This document shows, one piece after another, positions 19,599 to 28,967 of a stretch of DNA of 45,994 bases. Under the pieces are notes generated by a model. That model had not been told where the DNA came from. It saw only the letters and a list, made by a program, of their open reading frames with translations, and made no database searches. Within the stretch, counting starts at the first letter, position 1. Every line of letters starts with the position of its first letter. Position numbers and translations under genes: made by a program. Location: sequence record SRR20825019_1479; one strand, 5' to 3'.

Positions 19599-20255
19599 AT
19601 GGAAACCTTAAATTATATTATTAACGATATTGAACCTTTTGACGTTTCGGCGAAGATAAAAGATGTTCAAACCGTTTTTAATCAACTTACATATTCGCAC
19701 GTGCCTGTTGCTAAGGACGGGCATTTTATAGGTTGTGTTTCTGAAAACGACGCTTATTGCTTTGACAATACCAAAACATTAAGTGATTTTCAATATGCTT
19801 TAGAGCCTTTTCATGTGCTTGAAGACACCAATTGGCTAGATATTCTTGAAGCTTTTGCACTTAATAACAGCAACATCATGCCCGTTTTGGGTGCTGAAAA
19901 TAAATATTTAGGGTATTATGAATTAGGTGATATTATGAGCTTGTTTAATAACACCCCTTTTTTGAATGAAATGGGCGGCATCATTGTAGTAGAAAAAGGT
20001 ATTCAAGATTACTCATTTAGTGAGGTTTGCCAAATAGTTGAATCTAATGGCACTCGGATATTTGGAGTTTTTATTTCAAAAATTGAAAATGAAAATGTAG
20101 AGGTTACTGTAAAAGTTGGACATACAGCTATGAATAGTATTGTACAGACTTTTAGAAGGTATAATTACAATATAATTAGTCATCATGAGGAAGATAAATT
20201 TTTGGAAGATTTAAAAGAACGTTCCGAGTATTTGGACAAATACCTTAATATATAA
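19599..20255 (+). CDS. CBS-domain protein (AcuB-like, with ACT-like C-terminus)
   Basis: Paired CBS motifs (HVPV..GCVSE; IMPV..YLGY); directly upstream of nadK. Confidence 0.8.
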   Translation: METLNYIINDIEPFDVSAKIKDVQTVFNQLTYSHVPVAKDGHFIGCVSENDAYCFDNTKTLSDFQYALEPFHVLEDTNWLDILEAFALNNSNIMPVLGAENKYLGYYELGDIMSLFNNTPFLNEMGGIIVVEKGIQDYSFSEVCQIVESNGTRIFGVFISKIENENVEVTVKVGHTAMNSIVQTFRRYNYNIISHHEEDKFLEDLKERSEYLDKYLNI

Positions 20256-20258
20256 GTA

Positions 20259-21143
20259 ATGAAAATAGGTATCTACGGTCAATTTTATCATGAAAACTCT
20301 GAAATTTATATTCAGATGTTGCTGAATGCGCTCCAAAAAAAGGAAGCTGAAGTACTCATTGAAGAAAATTTTCTGGAAATTATAAACCGAAATCAAGACA
20401 TCACTAAAAATTTTTCTGGGTTTTCTACTTTCACCAAATTAGATAAAAGCTTTGATTTGTTTTTTAGTATTGGTGGCGATGGAACGATCTTAAAAGCTGT
20501 AACTTTTGTAGCAGATTTAGGAATCCCAATTGTTGGAATTAATACCGGAAGGCTTGGGTTTTTGGCAACTATTCAAAAAGAAGAAATGACGGAAAGCTTA
20601 AATCAAATTCTTGAAGGGCAATATTCTATTTCAGAAAGAAGCTTGCTCACTATGGAAACTTTACCGAAAACCGAAGGGATTCATCCCCTTAATTTTGCTT
20701 TAAACGAAGTTGCAGTAAACAGACGAAACACAACTTCTATGATTAAAGTAGAAACCCTTGTGGACGACAAATACCTAACTTCCTATTGGTCTGACGGGCT
20801 AATTGTCTCTACACCTACGGGTTCCACAGGCTACTCATTAAGTTGCGGTGGCCCAGTAATAGACCCAAATGCGAACAACATTTTACTCACACCAATAGCC
20901 CCACATAACTTAAACGCCAGACCATTGGTTATTCCCGATTCTTGTACAATTACCCTTAAAGTTTCGGGCAGAGAAAACACTTTCTTGGTTTCAATGGACT
21001 CTAGAATTGTTACGCTAGAAAACGAAACTAGTATTATTATTAAAAAAGCTCCCTTCACTATTAAATTATTACAGCTACACGATGATAGCTTTATAAAAAC
21101 ACTCCGAAAAAAACTTTTATGGGGTGAAGACAAACGGAATTAA
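20259..21143 (+). CDS. nadK: NAD kinase
   Basis: GGDGT, GINTGRLGFL, ALNE, DGLIVSTPTGSTGYSLSCGGP. Confidence 0.96.
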   Translation: MKIGIYGQFYHENSEIYIQMLLNALQKKEAEVLIEENFLEIINRNQDITKNFSGFSTFTKLDKSFDLFFSIGGDGTILKAVTFVADLGIPIVGINTGRLGFLATIQKEEMTESLNQILEGQYSISERSLLTMETLPKTEGIHPLNFALNEVAVNRRNTTSMIKVETLVDDKYLTSYWSDGLIVSTPTGSTGYSLSCGGPVIDPNANNILLTPIAPHNLNARPLVIPDSCTITLKVSGRENTFLVSMDSRIVTLENETSIIIKKAPFTIKLLQLHDDSFIKTLRKKLLWGEDKRN

Positions 21144-21218
21144 ACAATAAAATCAACCAAAAATTGTTAATCAACAGAGACAAATGTGCTTAGCATATCG
21201 TTAAGCCAAGTTTATTGT

Positions 21219-21226
21219 TATATTTG
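21219..21226 (+). promoter_or_regulatory. -7 promoter element (TATATTTG) for the DUF6089-uppS-bamA-skp cluster
   Basis: Perfect TAnnTTTG, 17 nt upstream of the ATG. Confidence 0.75.
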
Positions 21227-21243
21227 CAAACTTTTTAAGGTAT

Positions 21244-21936
21244 ATGAAGTATTTTGCGACTGTATTTTTAATACTTTCCACAGCGTTTTTGGCACATTCC
21301 CAAACCTATGAAATAGGAGGAATGATAGGTGGTGCCAACTATATAGGTGATGTAGGAAAAACCAATTATATAAACCCAAGCAATCTTGCCATTGGAGGAA
21401 TCGTAAAATGGAACCGAAGTGCAAGACATGCATTTAGAGGCTCTTTATTGGTTGCTAAAATAGAAGGAGATGACGCCAAAAGTTCTAATAGCAGAAGAGA
21501 ACAACGAGGATATTCTTTTCAAAACACTATAAAAGAACTTTCTGTAGGAATAGAATATACATTTTGGGACTTTGAAGTACATTCCCAAAAAGCAATTTCT
21601 ACTCCCTATTTATATACAGGTCTTACCTATTTTTGGTATGACGCCCTCTATAAAGACGCCAACAATAGAATTAAGGAATATGAGGGTGCTGGCAGTGTTG
21701 CCATCCCTATGGTATTGGGCTATAAAGCTAATTTGGGTCAAAACGCAATGATTGGTTTTGAGATTGGCGCGCGGTATACTTTTACAGATAATTTGGATGG
21801 AAGTAACCCTGTAAATGATTTCGAAGATTATGAATACCTAAAATTTGGAAACACAAATAGCGACGACTGGTATGTATTTACTGGTATAACTGTTACATTT
21901 GCCTTCGGAAGAAGACCGTGTTATTGCAATTTTTAA
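21244..21936 (+). CDS. Small outer-membrane beta-barrel, DUF6089/PorG-like
   Basis: Signal peptide, NYIGD, RYTFTDNLDG, DWYVFTG, C-terminal PCYC; position before uppS-bamA. Confidence 0.72.
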   Translation: MKYFATVFLILSTAFLAHSQTYEIGGMIGGANYIGDVGKTNYINPSNLAIGGIVKWNRSARHAFRGSLLVAKIEGDDAKSSNSRREQRGYSFQNTIKELSVGIEYTFWDFEVHSQKAISTPYLYTGLTYFWYDALYKDANNRIKEYEGAGSVAIPMVLGYKANLGQNAMIGFEIGARYTFTDNLDGSNPVNDFEDYEYLKFGNTNSDDWYVFTGITVTFAFGRRPCYCNF

Positions 21937-21943
21937 CAACACC

Positions 21944-22687
21944 ATGGATTATAAAGACCAAATAGATACTACTAACCTACCCCAACATCTCGCCATTATC
22001 ATGGACGGAAACGGACGCTGGGCGAAACAAAAAGGATTGTTTAGATCCATTGGGCATGAAAACGGCTCTAAAGCTGTTCGGGAAATTGTAGAAGGATGTG
22101 CAGAAATTGGAATACCCTATTTAACACTTTACGCTTTCTCTACTGAAAATTGGAATCGCCCAAAAATGGAAGTAGAATTGCTAATGAAGCTTTTAATTAC
22201 TTCATTAAAAAAAGAAATAAAAACATTATCAAAGAACGATATAAAACTAAACGCTATAGGAAATTTGGATGCTTTACCTAAGAAAGCTCACAAAGAACTT
22301 ATAGATGTTATTGAAAAAACAAAAGATAATAAGAGGATGACTTTAACCCTTGCATTAAGCTATGGATCAAGGGAAGAAATCACAAAAACAATAAAAGAGA
22401 TTAGCCTTAAAGTTAAAAATAACCTAATTTCGCCGCACGATATTGATGAAACGGTAATAAATAATCATCTTTACACGCAAAATTTACCAGATGTAGATTT
22501 ATTGATCCGTACCAGCGGCGAACAGCGCATTAGTAATTTTCTACTTTGGCAAATAGCATATGCCGAGTTATATTTTACTGAAACACTCTGGCCGGATTAC
22601 AATAAAAACCATCTTTTTGAAGCATTATTAAATTATCAAAACAGAGAAAGAAGATTTGGAAAAACCAGTGAACAACTTAATCAATAG
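21944..22687 (+). CDS. uppS: Undecaprenyl diphosphate synthase (isoprenyl transferase)
   Basis: HLAIIMDGNGRWA, YAFSTENWNRP, IRTSGEQRISNFLLWQ, RRFG; ATG at 21944. Confidence 0.96.
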   Translation: MDYKDQIDTTNLPQHLAIIMDGNGRWAKQKGLFRSIGHENGSKAVREIVEGCAEIGIPYLTLYAFSTENWNRPKMEVELLMKLLITSLKKEIKTLSKNDIKLNAIGNLDALPKKAHKELIDVIEKTKDNKRMTLTLALSYGSREEITKTIKEISLKVKNNLISPHDIDETVINNHLYTQNLPDVDLLIRTSGEQRISNFLLWQIAYAELYFTETLWPDYNKNHLFEALLNYQNRERRFGKTSEQLNQ

Positions 22688-25268
22688 TTCCCTATTGCAC
22701 ACATACAGAAAATCTTATTGTATATTTTTAATTACAATACTTTCCGTTTTTACACTACACGCACAGCAAAAAGAACTTGATAGCGGTAGAAAATATACGA
22801 TAAACCAAATTACGGTAACTGGAGCTCAGAGTTTTAACGAGCAAACTGTTGTCGCTTTTACAGGCCTTAAAAAAGGTGATCGTATTTATATTCCAGGTGA
22901 AAAACTAAGCCAAGTAACCAAAAAACTTTGGGAGCAAAACCTATTTAGCGACATCGCTTTTTATGTCACTAATATAGAAGGAGACCAAGTAGATTTAGAA
23001 CTTTATATTGTAGAGTTACCAAAACTATATGAAGTTACTATCGAAGGTGACGGAATTCGCAAAGCGAAGCAAAAAGAAATAATTAAGGACAATGACCTTA
23101 ATCCAGGTACAAAAATCACAAAGAACCTGCTTACTACCACCAAAAATTACATCACTAATAAGTATAAAAAAGATGGTTACTTTAATACTGATGTAACAAT
23201 CGCTATGACTCCACACACTGATTCTACAGGTGCTGAAATTTCAAAGAATATGAAAATTTCTGTAGATAGAGGGAAGCGTGTTAAAGTGAAAAAAATTAAT
23301 TTTGAAGGGAATAATCAATTTGCTAACGGCAAATTATTACGTTCTTTAAAAAACACTAAACAAAAAAGTTTCTTCCGCTTTTGGAAACGTTCAAAATACA
23401 CAGAAGAAGGTTTTGAAGAAGACAAAGAATCTCTTTTGAAAAAATACAAGTCTAACGGATATCGTGATGCAAGGATTACTAGCGACACCGTTAGTATGCT
23501 TAACACCAACAGTGTTGCACTTGATGTTAAACTTGAAGAAGGGGATAAATATTATTTTGGAGATATTAAATTCATTGGAAACAGTGTATTTACAGATGGC
23601 CAGCTTCGCCAAATATTAGGAGTTAAAAAAGGAGAAGTTTATAACGGAATACTTCTTCAAGAACGTATTCAAGACGATAGCGATCCAGAAGCTAACGACA
23701 TTACCAACCTATATCAAAACAATGGTTACTTAGCGGCGCGTATAAACCCTGTAGAAGTAGCAGTTAGAAATGACACCATCGATTTTGAAATCAGAATTAT
23801 GGAACGTAGTCTTTTCTATTTTGATCACGTTACTGTTGTTGGTAATGACCGAACAAATGATCATGTTATTTACCGAGAATTAAGAACACGACCAGGCCAA
23901 AAGTATAGCAAACGAAATGTAGTAAGAACCATTCGTGAGTTAGGCCAATTAGGCTTTTTCGATCCAGAACAACTGTCTCCAAACTTTAAAAAAGTTGATG
24001 AAAACAACGGCCTTGTAGACTTAGAGTACTCGGTTGTAGAAAAAGGATCTAGCCAGATTGAACTTCAAGGAGGTTATGGTGGTGGTGGTTTTGTGGGAAC
24101 CTTAGGGCTTTCCTTCAACAACTTTTCACTTCGTAATATTTTTAATTTAGATTCATACAAACCACTCCCAATGGGTGATGGTCAAAAATTATCATTGAGA
24201 GCGCAAGCAAGTGGATATTACCAAACCTATAGTCTTTCCCTTACCGAACCTTGGTTAGGAGGTAAAAAGCCAGTACAGCTTTCTACTTCTTTCTCACATA
24301 CTATTCAGAATTTCTACGATTATAATAACAGACAAGCGGATAAATCTAGAAGTTTCACTATTACAGGTGGTTCTGTAGGTTTGGCAAAGAAAGTAAAATG
24401 GCCAGACGATTATTTTGTATGGTCTAATGCTCTAAGTTTTCAGCACTATAATTTAAATAATTACAACACCGGGCTATTTACATTTGGTGATGGTTATTCA
24501 AACAACTTAGCATACACTATAGGTATTAGCAGAAATAACACTGCAACCAACCCTATTTATCCAACCTCAGGTTCAGATTTTAGCATAACTGCAAAAATGA
24601 CGTTACCATACTCTTCTTTCAGCGATACGGATTACAAAGCGCTAAAAGATGAAAGAGCGTCATTATTATTAGTACCAGATGATGCTTCAAATTATATAGA
24701 CGCCAATCAGCGTATTTCTGAAATTGACCAAGAGCGTTTTAAATGGTTAGAATATTATAAAGTAAAATTCAAAGGAACTTGGTACACAAGAATGGCTGGA
24801 AAATTAGTGCTTCGAACCAATACAGAATTTGGATTTTTAGGAGCCTACAACCAAGATCGTGGTGTACCTCCATTTGAAAGATTCTTTTTAGGTGGTGATG
24901 GGCTTGGAGCATATAGCCTTGATGGTCGTGAAGTAATTGCATTAAGAGGGTATCCAAATCAAGCATTATCTGAAGTAGATGGAAATACGATTTACAATAA
25001 ATTTTCGTTAGAGGTTAGATATCCCGTAACTTTGGCACAAATGGCATCCATCTATGTGCTTGGGTTTGCAGAAGGAGGAGCATCATATAATGGATTTAGA
25101 GATTACAATCCTTTTGAACTAAAACGTTCCGCTGGCGCAGGATTACGTATATTTATGCCCGCATTTGGGCTTTTGGGTATCGATTTTGGATATGGATTTG
25201 ACCCTGTTTTGGGTGGAACAGAGCCACATGGATGGAAAACAAGCTTTATAATTGGACAACAATTTTAA
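22656..25268 (+). CDS. bamA: Outer membrane protein assembly factor BamA
   Basis: POTRA repeats, LRGYP, C-terminal IGQQF; TTG start overlapping uppS (start position uncertain). Confidence 0.93.
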   Translation: MEKPVNNLINSSLLHTYRKSYCIFLITILSVFTLHAQQKELDSGRKYTINQITVTGAQSFNEQTVVAFTGLKKGDRIYIPGEKLSQVTKKLWEQNLFSDIAFYVTNIEGDQVDLELYIVELPKLYEVTIEGDGIRKAKQKEIIKDNDLNPGTKITKNLLTTTKNYITNKYKKDGYFNTDVTIAMTPHTDSTGAEISKNMKISVDRGKRVKVKKINFEGNNQFANGKLLRSLKNTKQKSFFRFWKRSKYTEEGFEEDKESLLKKYKSNGYRDARITSDTVSMLNTNSVALDVKLEEGDKYYFGDIKFIGNSVFTDGQLRQILGVKKGEVYNGILLQERIQDDSDPEANDITNLYQNNGYLAARINPVEVAVRNDTIDFEIRIMERSLFYFDHVTVVGNDRTNDHVIYRELRTRPGQKYSKRNVVRTIRELGQLGFFDPEQLSPNFKKVDENNGLVDLEYSVVEKGSSQIELQGGYGGGGFVGTLGLSFNNFSLRNIFNLDSYKPLPMGDGQKLSLRAQASGYYQTYSLSLTEPWLGGKKPVQLSTSFSHTIQNFYDYNNRQADKSRSFTITGGSVGLAKKVKWPDDYFVWSNALSFQHYNLNNYNTGLFTFGDGYSNNLAYTIGISRNNTATNPIYPTSGSDFSITAKMTLPYSSFSDTDYKALKDERASLLLVPDDASNYIDANQRISEIDQERFKWLEYYKVKFKGTWYTRMAGKLVLRTNTEFGFLGAYNQDRGVPPFERFFLGGDGLGAYSLDGREVIALRGYPNQALSEVDGNTIYNKFSLEVRYPVTLAQMASIYVLGFAEGGASYNGFRDYNPFELKRSAGAGLRIFMPAFGLLGIDFGYGFDPVLGGTEPHGWKTSFIIGQQF

Positions 25269-25307
25269 AACTGGCACGATATTTTCTTAAAACAACAACC
25301 AAACAAT

Positions 25308-26177
25308 ATGAAGACAAAAAAAATACTATTTTTTACCATTGCTCTTTTTTGCTTCACCTTCATGGCAGAAGCACAACGAGGTGTTCGTATAGGGTATATT
25401 GATATGGAATACATTCTTGAAAGTGTTCCAGAATATAAAGAAGCCTCTATTCAATTAGAAGGAAAAGTACAACGCTGGAAACAAGACATTGATAAAAAGC
25501 AAAAAGAAATTGATCAAATGAAATTGAACCTTTCAAATGAAAGAGTTCTTTTAACTAAAGAATTGATCGATGAGCGCGAAGAAGAAATTAAGATCAAAGA
25601 AGACGAAATGTTGCAGTATCAGCAAGATCGTTTTGGCCCTAACGGAGATTTAATGATTCAGAGAAGACAATTGGTACAGCCTATACAAGATCAGGTTTTC
25701 AATATTGTACAAGAAGTAGCTGAAGCAAAAAAATACGATTTTATATTCGATAAATCAGCAGATGTAGTAATGCTATTTGCCGCTAAACGAAATGATATTA
25801 GTGACTTGGTTTTAAGAAGCATTGAACGCGCAGGAAGAAGAGTACAAGCAGCTGATAAAAAAGAAAAACGCGAAATTGAACAACGCGAAAAATTATCTCT
25901 TGAAGAAGAAGGCGCAGTTACGGAAAGAGAAAAAGCGATTGAAGAAAAGAAAGAAGAACGTGAAAAAATTGTTGAAGCTAAAAAAACGGAACGTGAAGAA
26001 ATGATGGCACAACGCCAAAAAGAACGCGATTCTATTCGTGCCGTAAAAAAAGCTGAATTTGAAGAACGTCGTCAACGCTTAATCGAAGAGAGAGACAGAA
26101 GAAGAGATTCCATAATGGAAGCACGCCAGAATAAAAACAATACACCTGAAGCTGGCGGTGAAGAAAACGGTGGCTAA
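25308..26177 (+). CDS. skp: OmpH/Skp chaperone with long charged C-terminal extension
   Basis: RIGYIDMEYIL..VPEY, YDFIFDKS, DISDLVL. Confidence 0.87.
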   Translation: MKTKKILFFTIALFCFTFMAEAQRGVRIGYIDMEYILESVPEYKEASIQLEGKVQRWKQDIDKKQKEIDQMKLNLSNERVLLTKELIDEREEEIKIKEDEMLQYQQDRFGPNGDLMIQRRQLVQPIQDQVFNIVQEVAEAKKYDFIFDKSADVVMLFAAKRNDISDLVLRSIERAGRRVQAADKKEKREIEQREKLSLEEEGAVTEREKAIEEKKEEREKIVEAKKTEREEMMAQRQKERDSIRAVKKAEFEERRQRLIEERDRRRDSIMEARQNKNNTPEAGGEENGG

Positions 26178-26230
26178 ATATTTATAATCAAACTTCAAAT
26201 AAAATAACACTTAAATTAAATACAATTACA

Positions 26231-26746
26231 ATGAAAAAAATGAAAACGTTATTAGTTGCAATGGCACTTTTTGTAGGGGCTACGAGTTTTGTAAATGCTC
26301 AATCTAAAGTTGCACATATCAATGCACAGGAACTAATTGAAGCAATGCCAGAATACAAAGCTGCGCAAAGCCAATTAGAGAAAGTACAGAAAACGTATGA
26401 CACTGAGATTAAAGCAATGGCAAAAGAGCTTGATACAAAAATGAAGCAGTATGATAGTGAAGCGCCAACAAAAACAGATACTGAAAATCAAAAAAGAGTA
26501 GAAGAAGTTCAAGGAATGCAAAACAACATTCAAGCATATAGACAACAAGCACTTCAAGATCTTCAGAAAAAACAAGAAGATATTTTCAAACCTATTCTTG
26601 AAAAAGCACAATCTACAATCCAAAAAGTAGGTAGAGCTCAAGGTTTCCAATATGTTTTAGATTCAACTCTTGGCGGCGGTGGCGGCGTTATCCTTGCTGA
26701 TGGCAAAGATTTAATGGCTGACGTTAAAAAAGAAATGGGAATGTAA
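26231..26746 (+). CDS. skp: OmpH/Skp chaperone (second copy)
   Basis: KVAHINAQELIEAMPE, FQYVLDS, DLMADVKKEMG. Confidence 0.9.
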   Translation: MKKMKTLLVAMALFVGATSFVNAQSKVAHINAQELIEAMPEYKAAQSQLEKVQKTYDTEIKAMAKELDTKMKQYDSEAPTKTDTENQKRVEEVQGMQNNIQAYRQQALQDLQKKQEDIFKPILEKAQSTIQKVGRAQGFQYVLDSTLGGGGGVILADGKDLMADVKKEMGM

Positions 26747-26771
26747 TACATTCTATTTAACTATAAATTAT

Positions 26772-26803
26772 AAACTGCCCGTTCTTTAACGGGCAGTTTT
26801 TTT
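26772..26803 (+). terminator. Rho-independent terminator after the bamA-skp cluster
   Basis: AAACTGCCCGTT-CTTT-AACGGGCAGTTT followed by a T tract. Confidence 0.9.
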
Positions 26804-26839
26804 ATAGAAAAATTTGAAGTTATTGGCTACATTTACGGT

Positions 26840-27631
26840 ATGAATAAAAATAGTCCCATAGGTGTTTTTGATTCTGGAGTTGGCGGTTCTTCTATTTGGA
26901 AGGAGGTCAATAAATTATTGCCTTTTGAGCATATAATCTACTTAGCAGATAGTAAAAATGCACCTTACGGCAACAAATCTTCAGAAGAAATAACAGCTCT
27001 CAGTATTAAAAACATTGAGAAGCTATTACACATGGGCTGTAAAATTATTGTAATTGCCTGCAATACCGCCACTACCAATGCAATTGCAGCAGTTAGAAAA
27101 AAATATAGCATTCCTATTATTGGTATTGAACCCGCTATAAAACCTGCTGCTTTACAAACTACCTCAAAAAGTATTGGAATTTTAGCCACCAAAGGCACAT
27201 TAAGTAGCGCCCTTTTTAGCAAAACAACACAAGAGTTTACCAAAGATATTAGAGTAATCGAAATTATAGGGGAAGGCCTTGTAACACTAATTGAAGCAGG
27301 GAATCTTGATGGCCCAGAAATGATTTCATTATTAAAAAAACACACAAAACCAATGATTGACGCCAATGTAGATTATGTGGTTTTGGGATGTAGTCATTAC
27401 CCTTATATTATTCCGCAGTTGAAAAAAATATTGCCTGAAAATGTAAAAATCATAGACTCTGGGGAAGCAGTTGCCAGGCAAACAAAAACGGTATTGCAAA
27501 GCTTAAATTTGCTTCGTGAAGAAAATACAAAACCGAGCCTTCAATTTTTTACAAATGCGGAAACAGCTACCTTAAAATTTCTTTTAAGCGAGTACTCAGA
27601 AAATATTTCGGTTGAAATAATGGATTTTTAA
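26840..27631 (+). CDS. murI: Glutamate racemase
   Basis: IGVFDSGVGG, ACNTAT, LGCSHYP, IIDSGEAVA. Confidence 0.96.
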   Translation: MNKNSPIGVFDSGVGGSSIWKEVNKLLPFEHIIYLADSKNAPYGNKSSEEITALSIKNIEKLLHMGCKIIVIACNTATTNAIAAVRKKYSIPIIGIEPAIKPAALQTTSKSIGILATKGTLSSALFSKTTQEFTKDIRVIEIIGEGLVTLIEAGNLDGPEMISLLKKHTKPMIDANVDYVVLGCSHYPYIIPQLKKILPENVKIIDSGEAVARQTKTVLQSLNLLREENTKPSLQFFTNAETATLKFLLSEYSENISVEIMDF

Positions 27632-28144
27632 TTATTCCTTAAACCACGAAGCATACATTACATAGTTATTGGCGATTCTTTCAACTTCACCTTTGGTAAG
27701 TTCGGGGCTTATGTCTTTAATTTTTTTAGCAGGTATTCCCGCATAAATACTGCCACTTTCCACCTTTGTATTTTTTGAAACAACTGCGCCAGCCGCAATA
27801 ATGGTGTTACTTTCAATTATACAATCGTCCATTACAATACTTCCCATACCAATTAACACATTATCGTGAATGGTACAGCCATGCACAATCGCATTATGCC
27901 CAATAGACACGTTATTGCCAATTGTAGTAGGGGAAGTTTTATAGGTGGCATGGATTATTGCTCCATCCTGTATATTCACTTTGTTTCCCATTTTAATGAA
28001 ATGTACGTCGCCACGAATTACTGCATTAAACCAAACGCTACACTCCTGCCCCATTACCACATCGCCTACTATAGTTGCGTTTTCAGCAATAAAACAATCT
28101 TCAGGAATTTGGGGATGCTTCCCGTTTACAGTTTTGATTATCAT
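27632..28144 (-). CDS. Gamma carbonic anhydrase family (hexapeptide-repeat) protein
   Basis: VWFNAVIRGD, NIQDGAIIH, IGHNAIVHGC. Confidence 0.92.
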   Translation of the reverse strand: MIIKTVNGKHPQIPEDCFIAENATIVGDVVMGQECSVWFNAVIRGDVHFIKMGNKVNIQDGAIIHATYKTSPTTIGNNVSIGHNAIVHGCTIHDNVLIGMGSIVMDDCIIESNTIIAAGAVVSKNTKVESGSIYAGIPAKKIKDISPELTKGEVERIANNYVMYASWFKE

Positions 28145-28182
28145 TCAATTTAGATTTTTAATTAGAAACATTCATTATTCAC

Positions 28183-28914
28183 TCATCCAAAATATGCAAG
28201 CAACTCTTTTTTCCGAGATGGGCTTACCATAATTTCTTTTTCACTGGAAAGCACCACACTCCCTCCTTTTCCTTTTTTGTATTCTATAATTTCGTTTACA
28301 TTCACCAAATATGATTTATGAATACGTACAAATCCATGTTCAGAAAGTGAGTCTTCAAAATATTTTAGCGTTTTACTCACCAAACGTTTTCCAACTTTTA
28401 GGTGAATCTGTGTATAGTTATCATCTGCTTGGCAATAAAGAATATCTTCCATTTGCAGCACCTCAAAGCCATTTTGAAGCGGAATAGTAATCTTTCCCAA
28501 AACTTGAGTCTGCAAAGGCTTTAAAATTGAATTTTGAAGCGTGTTTTCCTTTTCCTTAATTTCTTTCACGTAATCCACAGCTTCAATCAATTTATCTATA
28601 GAAATAGGTTTTAGTAAATAATACGAAGCATGTGCGTTTAGCGCATCAATTGCATAATGATTATACGCAGTTACAAAAACAGTTTCAAATTGGCGATCGC
28701 CCACTTTGTCCAACAAATCGAACGCATTTCCGTAAGGCATTTCTACATCGAGAAAAACAAGATCTAAATCATTGTTACGTATTAAAATCAAAGCTTCATC
28801 AACGTTTGCCGCCTCTCCTTTCAAAACAATATCTGGGCAGTATTTTGCCAAATAATTTCTAAGAATTTCCCTGCTCGTTTCTTCGTCTTCTACTAGTATT
28901 GCGTTTAGTTTCAT
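28183..28914 (-). CDS. LytTR-family response regulator
   Basis: Receiver domain (VEDE, FLDVEMP, YLLKP) plus LytTR domain (FVRIHKSYLVN). Confidence 0.94.
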   Translation of the reverse strand: MKLNAILVEDEETSREILRNYLAKYCPDIVLKGEAANVDEALILIRNNDLDLVFLDVEMPYGNAFDLLDKVGDRQFETVFVTAYNHYAIDALNAHASYYLLKPISIDKLIEAVDYVKEIKEKENTLQNSILKPLQTQVLGKITIPLQNGFEVLQMEDILYCQADDNYTQIHLKVGKRLVSKTLKYFEDSLSEHGFVRIHKSYLVNVNEIIEYKKGKGGSVVLSSEKEIMVSPSRKKELLAYFG

Positions 28915-28967
28915 TATAGTTAGTAATTTGTATTGAGTAGTGAATATTGAGTTTCAGTTCTTAAAAT

